Shown here: piece after piece, positions 1 to 10,300 of the stretch
Layout of the letters: the number at the start of each line of letters is the position of its first letter
Position numbering within the stretch: position 1 is the first letter of the stretch
Assembly (NCBI GenBank): GCA_963663965.2
Contig: CAXXFK010000011.1
Span: 128,001-192,000, forward strand
DNA length: 64,000 nucleotides
Origin: Sedimentisphaerales bacterium
GTDB lineage: Bacteria; Planctomycetota; Phycisphaerae; Sedimentisphaerales; SM23-30
Reading direction: 5' to 3'
Program-made: the position numbers and the translations under genes
Notes under the pieces: generated by a model
What the model saw: the letters and a program-made list of their open reading frames with translations, nothing else
What the model was told of the DNA's origin: nothing
Databases searched by the model: none

Positions 1-752
1 GTTTCTTCGGCAGACAAGCTTTTGGCCTCAGTCTGCGAAACCACCGGGCGGTGATCGATCCCGCGTGCAAGCTGAAGAATCTCTTCAGTCTGATTTCCCA
101 GGATCCTCACCAGTTTGTCGCGAGGAGCTGTCCGCAACTGCAAAACCGTTATGATGCCGATCTGATTCAAACGCTGCGCGGTAACCTTGCCAATCCCCCA
201 TATTCTGGTCACGGGCAATGGATCTAGGATCGACTGCTTGGTCTGTTCAGTGATAATCACAAATCCATCGGGTTTTTCCAGATCCGAAGCGAGTTTAGCC
301 AGAAATTTATTGGGCGCCACGCCTACGGATGCGGTCAGGCCGGTTTGGCTTTTGATCTCGAATTTGATCGTTTGACCAATCTGTTCAGCAGAGCCAAACA
401 GGGCTTGGCTACCGGTCACATCGAGAAAGGCCTCATCCAGAGACAGTGGCTCTACCTCTGGGGTGTAATTCTGGAAAATGGTCTGGATTTGGCGTGACAC
501 TTCGACATAACGGGGCAGACGAACCGGCAGAACAATGGCATGGGGACACAACCGGAGCGCCCGGCTCATGGGCATGGCTGAATGGATCCCGTATTTTCTG
601 GCTGGATAGGAACAGGCGGCCACCACACCCCGTTGAGTCGCGGCCCCGCCTACCAGTACGGGCTTGCCTTGCAGACTGGGATTGTCCTTCACTTCAACTG
701 ATGCGTAGAAGGCATCCATATCAACATGAAGAATGGCACGGGCAGAATTCAT
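1..752 (-). CDS. dinB: DNA polymerase IV (Y-family), 3' end runs off the window
   Basis: Absent from the ORF track because there is no stop in the window. Manual translation from ATG 752 gives MNSARAILHVDMDAFYASVE...RGVVAACSYPARKYGIHSAMP...EPLSLDEAFLDVT...SVGVAPNKFLAKLASDLEKPDG...IWGIGK, the canonical DinB motifs. Confidence 0.95.
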   Translation of the reverse strand, partial: MNSARAILHVDMDAFYASVEVKDNPSLQGKPVLVGGAATQRGVVAACSYPARKYGIHSAMPMSRALRLCPHAIVLPVRLPRYVEVSRQIQTIFQNYTPEVEPLSLDEAFLDVTGSQALFGSAEQIGQTIKFEIKSQTGLTASVGVAPNKFLAKLASDLEKPDGFVIITEQTKQSILDPLPVTRIWGIGKVTAQRLNQIGIITVLQLRTAPRDKLVRILGNQTEEILQLARGIDHRPVVSQTEAKSLSAEE

Positions 753-815
753 ACCATGTATCGACTAAAGCGTCAATTACAAAAGAGGTTATAACGACAC
801 AATTTCACCTCTCAA

Positions 816-2822
816 TCAATTCAGATTTTTACACAAATCATCCTTCATAGGATCACACCAGAGCCACTGGGTTGCTAAAACCAAAAAGTCTAAAAGATTT
901 ACTTTACAATCCTCATTGAAATCGCCCGGCGGGTATGCCCAACGGCCACATTCATTTTCGAGAATTTTGATCTGAATGGAGGTATCAATATCATCATAAT
1001 TCAAATCCGTACTAGCGGCTGACAACAGAATCGTAGTACTATGGTATTGAGCTTCTAATAGCATGTCGTCGACAGCGGTGACTTGAACTGATTGAGATTG
1101 ATTCCAATTGTCGGTACTAAACTCAAGAACCGCCGGATCGAGATTCACCTGCTTGGGTTCGAATAAATCCTGCAATTTAACGGTGACCTTGCTATCCGGC
1201 GGTGTCTTCAATGACAGGTTGACGGCGTCTGTTTGCCCCTCCGTGAGATTTAACAAAGCGGGAGATACATCGATCAACGAGGAGAGATAGCGTTCGTACA
1301 GGCTATCGAAAATATACCGCATCTGCGACAGGCTCAACTGGGCATTGTATATTCGAATTTCCGCGACATCTCCCTGATAAATATCACTTGCATAATAATT
1401 ACCTGAAGAATCGATGCCATTGCCCACAGTGAATTTGTTATCATCCGGCAGCAACGTAAATATATTATCCGGGTTCGCGGTATTATTAAATTCCTCCTGG
1501 TCGAGATCGTCCACATAGTACTTCAAGGCGCTGTAGGGTTGGCCCTGACCCATTTGCAGGATCGCGATATGAAAACCGGCGCTGACAGGATTGCCGGCTT
1601 TGACCAGTGATTTTCCGTTATTAAACCGGCCGCCGGAACCGCCATCAGTCGCCCCTGTGTTCGTCGATAAATCCACCCCCAGAATATGCCCGGCATTGGA
1701 GGACGCCTGCCCGAACTGCATGGCTCGTTCGGCAGAATCACCACTCTGGTCGCCCGTTGCGACAACAAAAATCGTTAATCCATTATTAACCGATGGTAAG
1801 GTTAGTAAATTACTGGCCAGATAACTTGAGCCGTCCAGTCGCACCACCGCATGACCATTCAGGATTCCTGATCGATAGGTTGCCTGACCGGTAACAGGCA
1901 TAACCGTCCCGTCAACTGGATCGTTGGCAGCCAGATCCGGCCAATTGCTGATGACATCGCCATTATTCAAGCCCGATAGCGAACTGGCATCCAAATGAAT
2001 GATCAGATCTTCCGCAAAATAACGATCGTGAAAATAATCAAACACCTGTTGTATCTGGTCCGGGTTCAACTGGCTGTTATAAATCAGGATTTCCGCAATG
2101 TCGCCCTGATAATCATCCGAAGTAAAATAACCGCCATCCGGCTGAATCCCTGTGCCGATCGTTAATTCATTGCCGCCGGCATCCAACATGATGGTGTTAC
2201 CTGGATTAGCCGAGTTATCAAATACTTCCGCTGTAATATCATCCACATAATATCTCAGGGATCCATAGGTCTCACCCTGGTCAATTTGCGCGGCCACCAT
2301 GTGAAATCCCGGGGTGACAGGGTTAGCCGCCCGGACCAGGCTTTTACCGTTGTTGAACCGACCACCGGAACCGCCATCCGCGGCCGAGGTGTCCGTGGAA
2401 AAATCAATACCAAGACATTTTCCACGATTGCTGCTTGTGATCCTGCCGATCTGCAGGACACGCTCTCCGGATTGTCCGGATTGATCGCCCTGGGCAACGA
2501 TAAAAACCGTCAGACCATTATCCACATTCGGAAAAGTCAGTGAACCGCTGGCCAACAAATCTCCTCCCTGCATTCGAACCACGGCATTGCCATTTAAGCC
2601 ATTGGATTGGTAGATCGGGGCGTTCCAACCCGGGACTGCCTCAACATTTCCATTGACGGAATCCGCCGTGGCCAGATCTGTCCAACTATTGACAGGATCC
2701 CCATCATTTAAGCCGATGATCGAACCGGCATCCAAATGGATAATCAAGCCATCCGTAACCGGAACTGCATAAACACTTACGCCGATAACAAACAGCAGTA
2801 ATAAAAGATAGACTATACGCAT
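816..2822 (-). CDS. Secreted protein with two tandem LamG/concanavalin-like domains, an Ig/Calx-like domain and a C-terminal dockerin-like module
   Basis: N-terminal signal peptide. Two ~245-aa repeats (LIIHLDA...YQGD[IV]AEI.IYN). C-terminal GDFNEDCKVNLLDFLVLATQWL. Confidence 0.8.
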   Translation of the reverse strand: MRIVYLLLLLFVIGVSVYAVPVTDGLIIHLDAGSIIGLNDGDPVNSWTDLATADSVNGNVEAVPGWNAPIYQSNGLNGNAVVRMQGGDLLASGSLTFPNVDNGLTVFIVAQGDQSGQSGERVLQIGRITSSNRGKCLGIDFSTDTSAADGGSGGRFNNGKSLVRAANPVTPGFHMVAAQIDQGETYGSLRYYVDDITAEVFDNSANPGNTIMLDAGGNELTIGTGIQPDGGYFTSDDYQGDIAEILIYNSQLNPDQIQQVFDYFHDRYFAEDLIIHLDASSLSGLNNGDVISNWPDLAANDPVDGTVMPVTGQATYRSGILNGHAVVRLDGSSYLASNLLTLPSVNNGLTIFVVATGDQSGDSAERAMQFGQASSNAGHILGVDLSTNTGATDGGSGGRFNNGKSLVKAGNPVSAGFHIAILQMGQGQPYSALKYYVDDLDQEEFNNTANPDNIFTLLPDDNKFTVGNGIDSSGNYYASDIYQGDVAEIRIYNAQLSLSQMRYIFDSLYERYLSSLIDVSPALLNLTEGQTDAVNLSLKTPPDSKVTVKLQDLFEPKQVNLDPAVLEFSTDNWNQSQSVQVTAVDDMLLEAQYHSTTILLSAASTDLNYDDIDTSIQIKILENECGRWAYPPGDFNEDCKVNLLDFLVLATQWLWCDPMKDDLCKNLN

Positions 2823-2856
2823 TTAAATACTTCCCGTATAAAGTTTCCTGGTCCAA

Positions 2857-4290
2857 TTAATTCAACCAGTTATCCGAAAGACGAATTAATTCTTCAGAAC
2901 CAATCGAGCCATTGTTATCAAGTTCATAAAATCTTGGGATACCCGTTCGCCACTTTTTCAAATCCCGTAATAATTTCATGGCGGTTTGGGGATTTTGATA
3001 TTTTTGATCGGACGCCTCGGACAAATCCTTCGACAAGTCATATAATTCAATCGTTCCGGTGTCCAGATGTTCAATCAGTTTCCACTCGCCCTGGCGGATC
3101 GCACTCTGTTGATTATGGGGATAATACCAGCATATCGATTCCCGATTAAGGGTGTTTTGCGGATGCTGAAATAATGACGTTAAGGAAACTCCATCCATCG
3201 GTTGAAAGCCGGGCAAAGCGGTTCCCGCCAATTGACTGAAGGTGGGGAAAAAATCACAAGACACCACGGGCTCATTACATACCGACCCGGACGCCAGATG
3301 CCCAGGCCATGACATGATGAGAGGAACTCGAATTCCGCCTTCATACAAATTGCCTTTTGCGCCGCGCAGAGGCCCATTATCGGTTACATTACCATCCCCG
3401 CCATTGTCACCCATAAATACCAGCAGGGTATTCTTGAGGAGGTTGTATGCTTGCAGTTTCGCTACGATCTGCCCGACGCCTTCATCGATGGTGGATAGCT
3501 GCGCGGCCAGATGCGGATTGTTTACCGGCGCCCACACCCCCGTGCCGCTGTTGGGCTTGGCTTCGAAATGACTGACTAAATTCGGTTTGCCATCCAGTTT
3601 GGTGTGAACCGCGTAATGACTTAAATAAAGAAAAAATGGTTCATCTTTATGCCGTTCGATAAAATGAACCGCTTCGTAGTTGCATCGATCCACCAGGAAC
3701 TCCTCATTCGGATAGGCAGGATCCAAAACCAGCGGCGCTTTCGGTAAGGCGGGCATAATCCAGTAGGGATGCCAATAGTCCCCATTACCGATATAGGTGG
3801 TGGCTCCGGCCAGATGTTCGTCGAATCCCTGTTCCGCAGGTTCAATGGGATCCGGATCGCCGTCGTCAGCATAGCAGGATAAATGCCATTTCCCGATGAT
3901 TCCGGTGGCATAACCGGCCGATTTCAAGGTTTCGGCGATGGTCGTATATTGTCGCGGCAGATTCTTGTCGAAATCGGATTTATCCAGCCATTTATGGATC
4001 CCAATTCTTGCCGGATACTGCCCGGTCATTAAACTGGCCCGGTATGGCGAGCAAACCGGCGCGGCGGCATACGCGTTGGTAAACCGAATCCCTCCTGACG
4101 CCAATGCATCCAGATGCGGCGTTTCGTTGTAGGTGTTGCCATAGCAGCCCAACTCGTGCCAACCTAAATCATCTGCCAGAATGAAAATAATATTCGGTGG
4201 CACGTCCGCCGTGGCAGGGGCGAAAAAGAGTGTACCCATGAAAAGAGCCAGCACACCACACAAGGCATTGATTCTCTTGATTGTTATCAT
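2857..4290 (-). CDS. Secreted formylglycine-dependent (S1) sulfatase
   Basis: Signal peptide; PNIIFILADDLG; CSPYRASLMTG (CxPxR); GYATGIIGKWHL; GDNG; KGNLYEGGIRVP; ELYDL. Degenerate dockerin-like tail ELDNNGSIGSEELIRLSDNWLN. Confidence 0.95.
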   Translation of the reverse strand: MITIKRINALCGVLALFMGTLFFAPATADVPPNIIFILADDLGWHELGCYGNTYNETPHLDALASGGIRFTNAYAAAPVCSPYRASLMTGQYPARIGIHKWLDKSDFDKNLPRQYTTIAETLKSAGYATGIIGKWHLSCYADDGDPDPIEPAEQGFDEHLAGATTYIGNGDYWHPYWIMPALPKAPLVLDPAYPNEEFLVDRCNYEAVHFIERHKDEPFFLYLSHYAVHTKLDGKPNLVSHFEAKPNSGTGVWAPVNNPHLAAQLSTIDEGVGQIVAKLQAYNLLKNTLLVFMGDNGGDGNVTDNGPLRGAKGNLYEGGIRVPLIMSWPGHLASGSVCNEPVVSCDFFPTFSQLAGTALPGFQPMDGVSLTSLFQHPQNTLNRESICWYYPHNQQSAIRQGEWKLIEHLDTGTIELYDLSKDLSEASDQKYQNPQTAMKLLRDLKKWRTGIPRFYELDNNGSIGSEELIRLSDNWLN

Positions 4291-4350
4291 AAGTTAACAC
4301 TTCCTATTCCATTCACAATTGAGAAAGGCAGGCAGGTAATTGCCTAAACG

Positions 4351-4389
4351 AAAATCTCCGTCAGTGACAAATGAACTGACGGAGATTTT
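4351..4389. terminator. Perfect 15-bp-stem hairpin between co-oriented genes (terminator or mRNA-stabilising stem)
   Basis: AAAATCTCCGTCAGT-gacaaatga-ACTGACGGAGATTTT, just downstream of the stop at 4416. Confidence 0.65.
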
Positions 4390-4415
4390 ATTATAGGTCA
4401 TAAAGGGGCTCTTTG

Positions 4416-6713
4416 TTATGGGCAGGCCTGACCAGGACACAAACCGTCTAGCAACCAACTCGACACAAAGGTAGCCAAATCCTGCATATCCACTTGACAA
4501 TCGCCATTGGTATCCAATGCCGGCGGAGTCAGACAGGATGCGATTCCGCTGATCTCATAGTATTCCATGGCAACTTCCGCGCGGCCTAATGCGTAGTTGT
4601 ACACCTTGACTTCATCCATGACGCCATTAAACATGGACAATGGCTCGCCAGTTGTGGCATCGGTCTGCAACGCTCCGATATACAAAGGCGTTTCATTCGC
4701 CGTAATCGTATTGCCTGCGGCTCGTTGCGCTTTCACTTCGCCGTTAAAGTAAATGGTATGACCATTCGGACCGGCCGTAACCACGACATGGGTCCACTCA
4801 TCCATCGGAAGCGGTTCGGCTTGAAGCGCGGTGAAGTTGGGAGCGGCAATTTGCACATTGCCGTTGTCCTGTCGGATTTCAATGTAGAAATTACCATCAC
4901 CCGGCACGACACGATTGCTCATGATCCCCTGCCAGGCGCCGTTGGCTCCAGCCCATTTGACCCACGCCGAAACAGAAAACTGTCCGGTATAGGCTGAGGG
5001 CGCCCAATCACCGGTATAGGCCATGGCATATGGATTCGGAACCAGGTCCAGCGCGGAGCCGGTTTTAACAGAATCTACGCCATCAATCCATTGACTCGGA
5101 TCCGGAGCAATATTAGGATCGCCGTCGTGGCCTTCGCCGCTCGCATCCACATAATCGCCATCCAGCGGCCAGTAACCGACTGCCCGGCGTACGCCGAGGT
5201 TCGCCGAATCAGATACGGTTGGAGGTTCCTGGTCAGGATTAACCTGAAGTTCGGCAGTACAATAATAGGCGCCTTCATCACCCGCCTCGACATTGGCAAT
5301 AGTCAACGTGGAAACATAATCTTTGCCGCTGTTTTCAGTGGCAATCGTAATATCTCCAGACGATGCCAGCGCCTCATCCGGGTTGCCGACACGATACCAT
5401 TTCACATCAATCACATTGATGCTGCTGAAGCTACAGGTAAAGACCGCGTCGCCCTCATAATATTGACTCGTGTAAGGATACCGAATCACATCTACCGGGC
5501 TGCCACCCTCGGGGATGGATGGCACCGATTTCAGCGTATCAAAACTCCATACCGGCCCGTTGAGGGTATTGGGATCATCCGGTCCGGAATTATTCATGCT
5601 TTCATCCACGCGCCAGTAATAGGTCGCATCAAAATCCAGCGTTAAAACACCGGTGGTGGCTGTTGCCTCAACGGGACTGCCTGCGGAAATTACCTGTGGT
5701 GCGACATCGATGAAATTCGGCTCTCCTTTTTGAAGATAGAGGTAATGTGTGGTAATATTCGGATTCGGCGCGGAGGTATTGTCGGGATCCACGCCGGTGT
5801 TCCAGGTTAATTCTACATCCACATTGGCGCCATTGACAACGCCCTGTTTGATGGCACCATCAGCAGGCGCTGGATTCCAGGCCTGAAAAATCGAGTACTT
5901 GGCCGTCAGATAATCGAACATCTGCTGCATCTGGCCCTGACTCAACTGGCTGTTATATATCAGGATTTCCGCGATGTCACCCTGATAGTCATCCGTGGTA
6001 TAATAACCTCCACCCGACGGAATGCCCGTGCCGACTGTCAGTTCGTTACCACCAGTATCAAATGTGATGACATTGCCGGTATTGGCTGTGTTATCGAACA
6101 CTTGCGCGGTCATATCATCTACAAAATACCGCAGGGAGCCATAGGTCTCTCCCTGGTCGATCTGCAAGGCCGCTATGTGGAATCCCGTAGTAATGGGATT
6201 GTTCGCCCTGACCAGGCATTTACCGTTGTTAAACCGACCTCCGGAACCGCCATCGGTGCCCGTGGTGTTCGTGGAAAAATCAGCGCCCAGACATCGTCCG
6301 GTGTTAGGGCTGGCGATTCGACCGAGCTGCAGGATACGCTCTGCGGCGTCTCCCGACTGGTCGCCCTGGGCAACGATAAATATCGTTACGCCATCATTCA
6401 CACTCGGGAAAGACAGTGGATTGCTAGCCAGCAAATCGCCTCCCTGCATCCGAACAACAGGATTGCCGTTCAGACCATTGGATTGATAGATCGGGGCATT
6501 CCAGCCGGGCATGGTGGCAACATTGCCATTGACGGAATCCGATGTGGACAGGTCCGCCCAAATAGTGACCGGATCCCCATCGTTTAACCCTCTAATCGAA
6601 CCGGCATCCAAATGAATAATCAAACCATCCGTAACCGGAACCGCCCTGACAATACTTTGTACCGCCATCAGAAATAATACCAGTATCCATTTCTTCATTC
6701 TTTTTACTCCCAT
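4416..6713 (-). CDS. Secreted LamG-like / Ig / LamG / dockerin-like protein
   Basis: Signal peptide. N-terminal domain is paralogous to 816..2822. [14 protein letters not shown] module; Ig I-set-like DEGAYYC; LamG (FSVSAWVK, WTHVVVT, FNGVMDEVKVYNYAL); tail DTNGDCQVDMQDLATFVSSWL. Confidence 0.8.
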   Translation of the reverse strand: MGVKRMKKWILVLFLMAVQSIVRAVPVTDGLIIHLDAGSIRGLNDGDPVTIWADLSTSDSVNGNVATMPGWNAPIYQSNGLNGNPVVRMQGGDLLASNPLSFPSVNDGVTIFIVAQGDQSGDAAERILQLGRIASPNTGRCLGADFSTNTTGTDGGSGGRFNNGKCLVRANNPITTGFHIAALQIDQGETYGSLRYFVDDMTAQVFDNTANTGNVITFDTGGNELTVGTGIPSGGGYYTTDDYQGDIAEILIYNSQLSQGQMQQMFDYLTAKYSIFQAWNPAPADGAIKQGVVNGANVDVELTWNTGVDPDNTSAPNPNITTHYLYLQKGEPNFIDVAPQVISAGSPVEATATTGVLTLDFDATYYWRVDESMNNSGPDDPNTLNGPVWSFDTLKSVPSIPEGGSPVDVIRYPYTSQYYEGDAVFTCSFSSINVIDVKWYRVGNPDEALASSGDITIATENSGKDYVSTLTIANVEAGDEGAYYCTAELQVNPDQEPPTVSDSANLGVRRAVGYWPLDGDYVDASGEGHDGDPNIAPDPSQWIDGVDSVKTGSALDLVPNPYAMAYTGDWAPSAYTGQFSVSAWVKWAGANGAWQGIMSNRVVPGDGNFYIEIRQDNGNVQIAAPNFTALQAEPLPMDEWTHVVVTAGPNGHTIYFNGEVKAQRAAGNTITANETPLYIGALQTDATTGEPLSMFNGVMDEVKVYNYALGRAEVAMEYYEISGIASCLTPPALDTNGDCQVDMQDLATFVSSWLLDGLCPGQACP

Positions 6714-7377
6714 TCATTTAACAATGACATTTACCATTTAAACGGTTAACATACACATTTTTATCCCCATCACACTCGAATATTTCCCTAAATCCATTGG
6801 AATCCGGGTTTTTGATTTTTATTATCCAAAACTAACGGATTAAGAACTGACTTCTTCTTATTATATATAAGCTGAACTGATCGGATCAAGAAAATTCATA
6901 CCATACCTGATTTCTCTCAATATTTCATTGCATGTTGATACATTTCTTTTAATGGGTACAGAGATTCATTCATAGGTAAAATGGGGGAGTTTTTACGATT
7001 ATTTCGATTATAACTATTATACCCGTTAATCAGGACAAATTTCTAAATTTGGAACACCTTATATGAATGCTATCGGTTTGGCTTTATCATTATGCCTGCC
7101 TTTGTTAACCCCTCTAGATAATTAATCTTACTTTTGGAATTTCCTTAACCACAGTTAATAATTTTAGTTACGGACAACAATGCGACAAATATGGATCATT
7201 CACTATTTCTTTCTTTTTTTACATTTTATTCGATACACCAGCTCAATGATTCGACAATATATAAATAGAGTAAAATTGAGAATTTAAGCAAAGGGATCCG
7301 GAGTTATTTATCTATCATTCTGGGCATCCCAGCCGCCGAACACCCCTGCTGATTTTAGAAAACATGAGGTATGATCC

Positions 7378-10300
7378 ATGAATAAGCCCTGGCTTGTTTT
7401 ATTTGGCTTAATGATCGTGTTGTTAAATTGGAATGTTTCCTCTGGTGATCTCTTTGTCCCCCCCTTGTCCAATAATAGTTTCGAAGACAATATCCTGACC
7501 GCGGGTGCGACTACCTACACTTATGATGACTGGCATGATATCGATGGCTGGATCGTTCATGCGACTGGGGTTAACGGCAACGAAATCCCATTCGCCCCGG
7601 ATGGCAACAACTGGGCCGCATTGTTAGGTAACGGAATCAACAATAACCGCTCATTATTCTACCAGCAAATTGGCACCTGGTCTGCCAATCTGAATTGCGA
7701 AATTATCTTCTGGGTAGGCAAAAGCGCCGGGTTATCTTCTTTTCCCATTCGTGTGGCGTTATGGTCAGGCGGCAATGCCCTGCAGGCCGCCGACGGGGTC
7801 GCGCCCACCACGATCGGGGCGACGATGATTGACAGCATCACGCTTACTCCGGATTTTAACGGCCAGGATATTGCCACGCTGGAAATCCACCTGCTACTGA
7901 ACAGCGGAACATCAGGAATTGAAACGGATCCGCTCTGGCTGGAATTCAAAAGCCTCGGCACGATCAGCAGCAACAGATTATATGTAGATAATGTCCAGAT
8001 ACGAGATGCGGTTCTGGCCTACAATCCTGAACCGTTTAACAATGCCAGTCGAATAAATCCGACGGTGACTCTCGACTGGACAGAACCCCAGGTTCCTGGA
8101 GCGACTTTTGATCTGTATTTCGGCGCCGATCCACAAATCGAATCAAATCCCAGGTTTTCCGATATACAGCCCCCCTACCAACTCCCGACTCTCAATTATA
8201 ATACCGGGTATTATTGGCGGGTTGATACCGTCACCGAATCCAGAACCATTCAGGGTGATAGCTGGACGTTTCGTACCGGTGGGATCGTCAGCGATCCCAG
8301 CCCGGCTGACGAAGAAGAAAATGTTTCACTGGCAGATAAAAATCTGGTCTGGACCGGCGATAGCTGGGCCACTTCCTATAAAATCTATACCGGCACCCAG
8401 TTGCCATTGGATTTCCTGGCCGAAGTAACAGAACCATACTATCAAGACTTTTCCACGCCCTATGAATTAACCACCTATTACTGGCGGGTGGATGAATATC
8501 TGAATGGCGAGCTGACCGCTTCAGGCAATACCTGGCGTTTTACCACCCGAAAACGCATGTCAGCCTGTCCTTTGGGTGACTTGAGCGGTGATTGTATCGT
8601 GAACCTGCCTGACATCGTTCTGTTTGCTCAACAGTGGCTCGCTCCCCCCGGTTGTAATGGCTATGAAGCCTCCTGCGCTGACCTGGTCAACGCCGATGGG
8701 GTCAATCTGTATGACGCGGCGGCGCTCCAGAAAAACTGGCTGCGCCGGGCCGAATCTCGTATCTCAATCAATGAAATCCATTATAATCCCGACCTGAAAA
8801 CAGACCTCGTCGAATTCGTCGAACTGTATAACGCCGGCCCCTTCGACCAGGACCTCTCCGGCTGGTATTTCAGCGATGGGATAGAGTTCTCCTTCCCTTC
8901 TGGAACTATCATTCCAGCCGACCATTATCTGGTTATTGCTGAAGACGCTTATGCGGCTTATGCCCCCATAACCATTTCTCAAAAATATGGCGCCGATCCC
9001 GCCATTGTTCTGGGGCCGTTCACTGGATCTCTCAATAACGAAGGCGAACGCATCGCACTATCCGATGCCTCGGGTCAGTTAATCGACGAGGTCGATTACC
9101 AGCTGGGATTCCCCTGGCCCACTGTCGGTGATGCGGTACCCGATATTGAACCCGGTGGCTCCGGCCACTCTATCCAGTTGATACACCCTGAACTGGACAA
9201 CAATTTGGCCGGAAGCTGGCGTAGCGCTTATCCCACACCCGGCGACTTGAACGTCAAGGTTTACACTGAAAACATCCCCCCGCATATCAGACAAGTCAAA
9301 CATTCTCCCCAGTCGCCCGAAAGCGGACAGATTGTTACAATTACTGCCAAAGTAACGGATCCCGATGGAGTCAAACAGGTCAATCTACTTTATCAACTCA
9401 ACGATCCCGGCAACTACATCCCCATCACCCTGCCCAACCTCAGTTCCAGCACCCCGACCCTGTCCAATTCGGCTTACGAAGCGGCCGCCAACTGGGTTAC
9501 TTTGGCCATGCATGATGACGGCATCAATGGCGACGTGACTGCCAATGATGGAACTTATACCGTCCTGTTACCCGCGGCCATCCAGGTCCACCGCCGGCTT
9601 GTACGCTACCGCATCGCCGTAAGCGATGACACGGGCTTATCTCTACGAGTCCCTTATCCGGATGACCCTCAGCCCAATTTTGCCTATTTTGTCTATGATG
9701 GCGTGCCCGCCTGGAGCGGCGCGATTAATCCTGCCGGTTCCGCACCTCTCAACCAGGTTCAGTATTTCAATGAAGCGGTTATGCGATCTTTGCCGGTTTA
9801 TCATCTGCTGGCCCGCGAAACCGACGTCCTCACCTGCCAGTATAACGGCTCCTGGGATGATACCCAGTATCACTTCGGCGGCACATTGGTTTATGACGGT
9901 GAGGTTTATGACAACATTCATTATCGTATTCGCGGCCAGGCATCTACTTTCAACTGGGGCAAAAATAAATGGAAATTCGATTTTAACCGCGGTCACTACT
10001 TTCAGGCTCGCGATGATTACGGCAAGAAATATCAGGAAAAATGGGATAAGATGAATGTGGGTATGGGAGGATGCCCCTGGTGGCAATATCCTCACCCGGG
10101 TTCCTGGGATCAAGGCGCCGGTGGATTACTCCTCAATGAAACCCTGGCTTATCGCCTGTATAATATGGCCGGTGTCCCCGCCAGCCAAACCAATTACTTC
10201 CAATTCCGTATTATTGACGGTGCGGCAGAAACCTCGTCAAACCAATACGAAGGAGATTATTGGGGACTGTATCTGACCATTCAAAATGCAGATGGTATTT

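Noticed and set aside
187..850. Plus-strand ORFs 187..375 and 446..850
   Set aside because: Antisense shadows of dinB. Most other short ORFs overlapping long genes were dismissed for the same reason.
816..6713. Diversity-generating retroelement TR/VR pair among the duplicated domains
   Set aside because: Differences are not confined to adenines, all copies are coding, and no reverse transcriptase is present.
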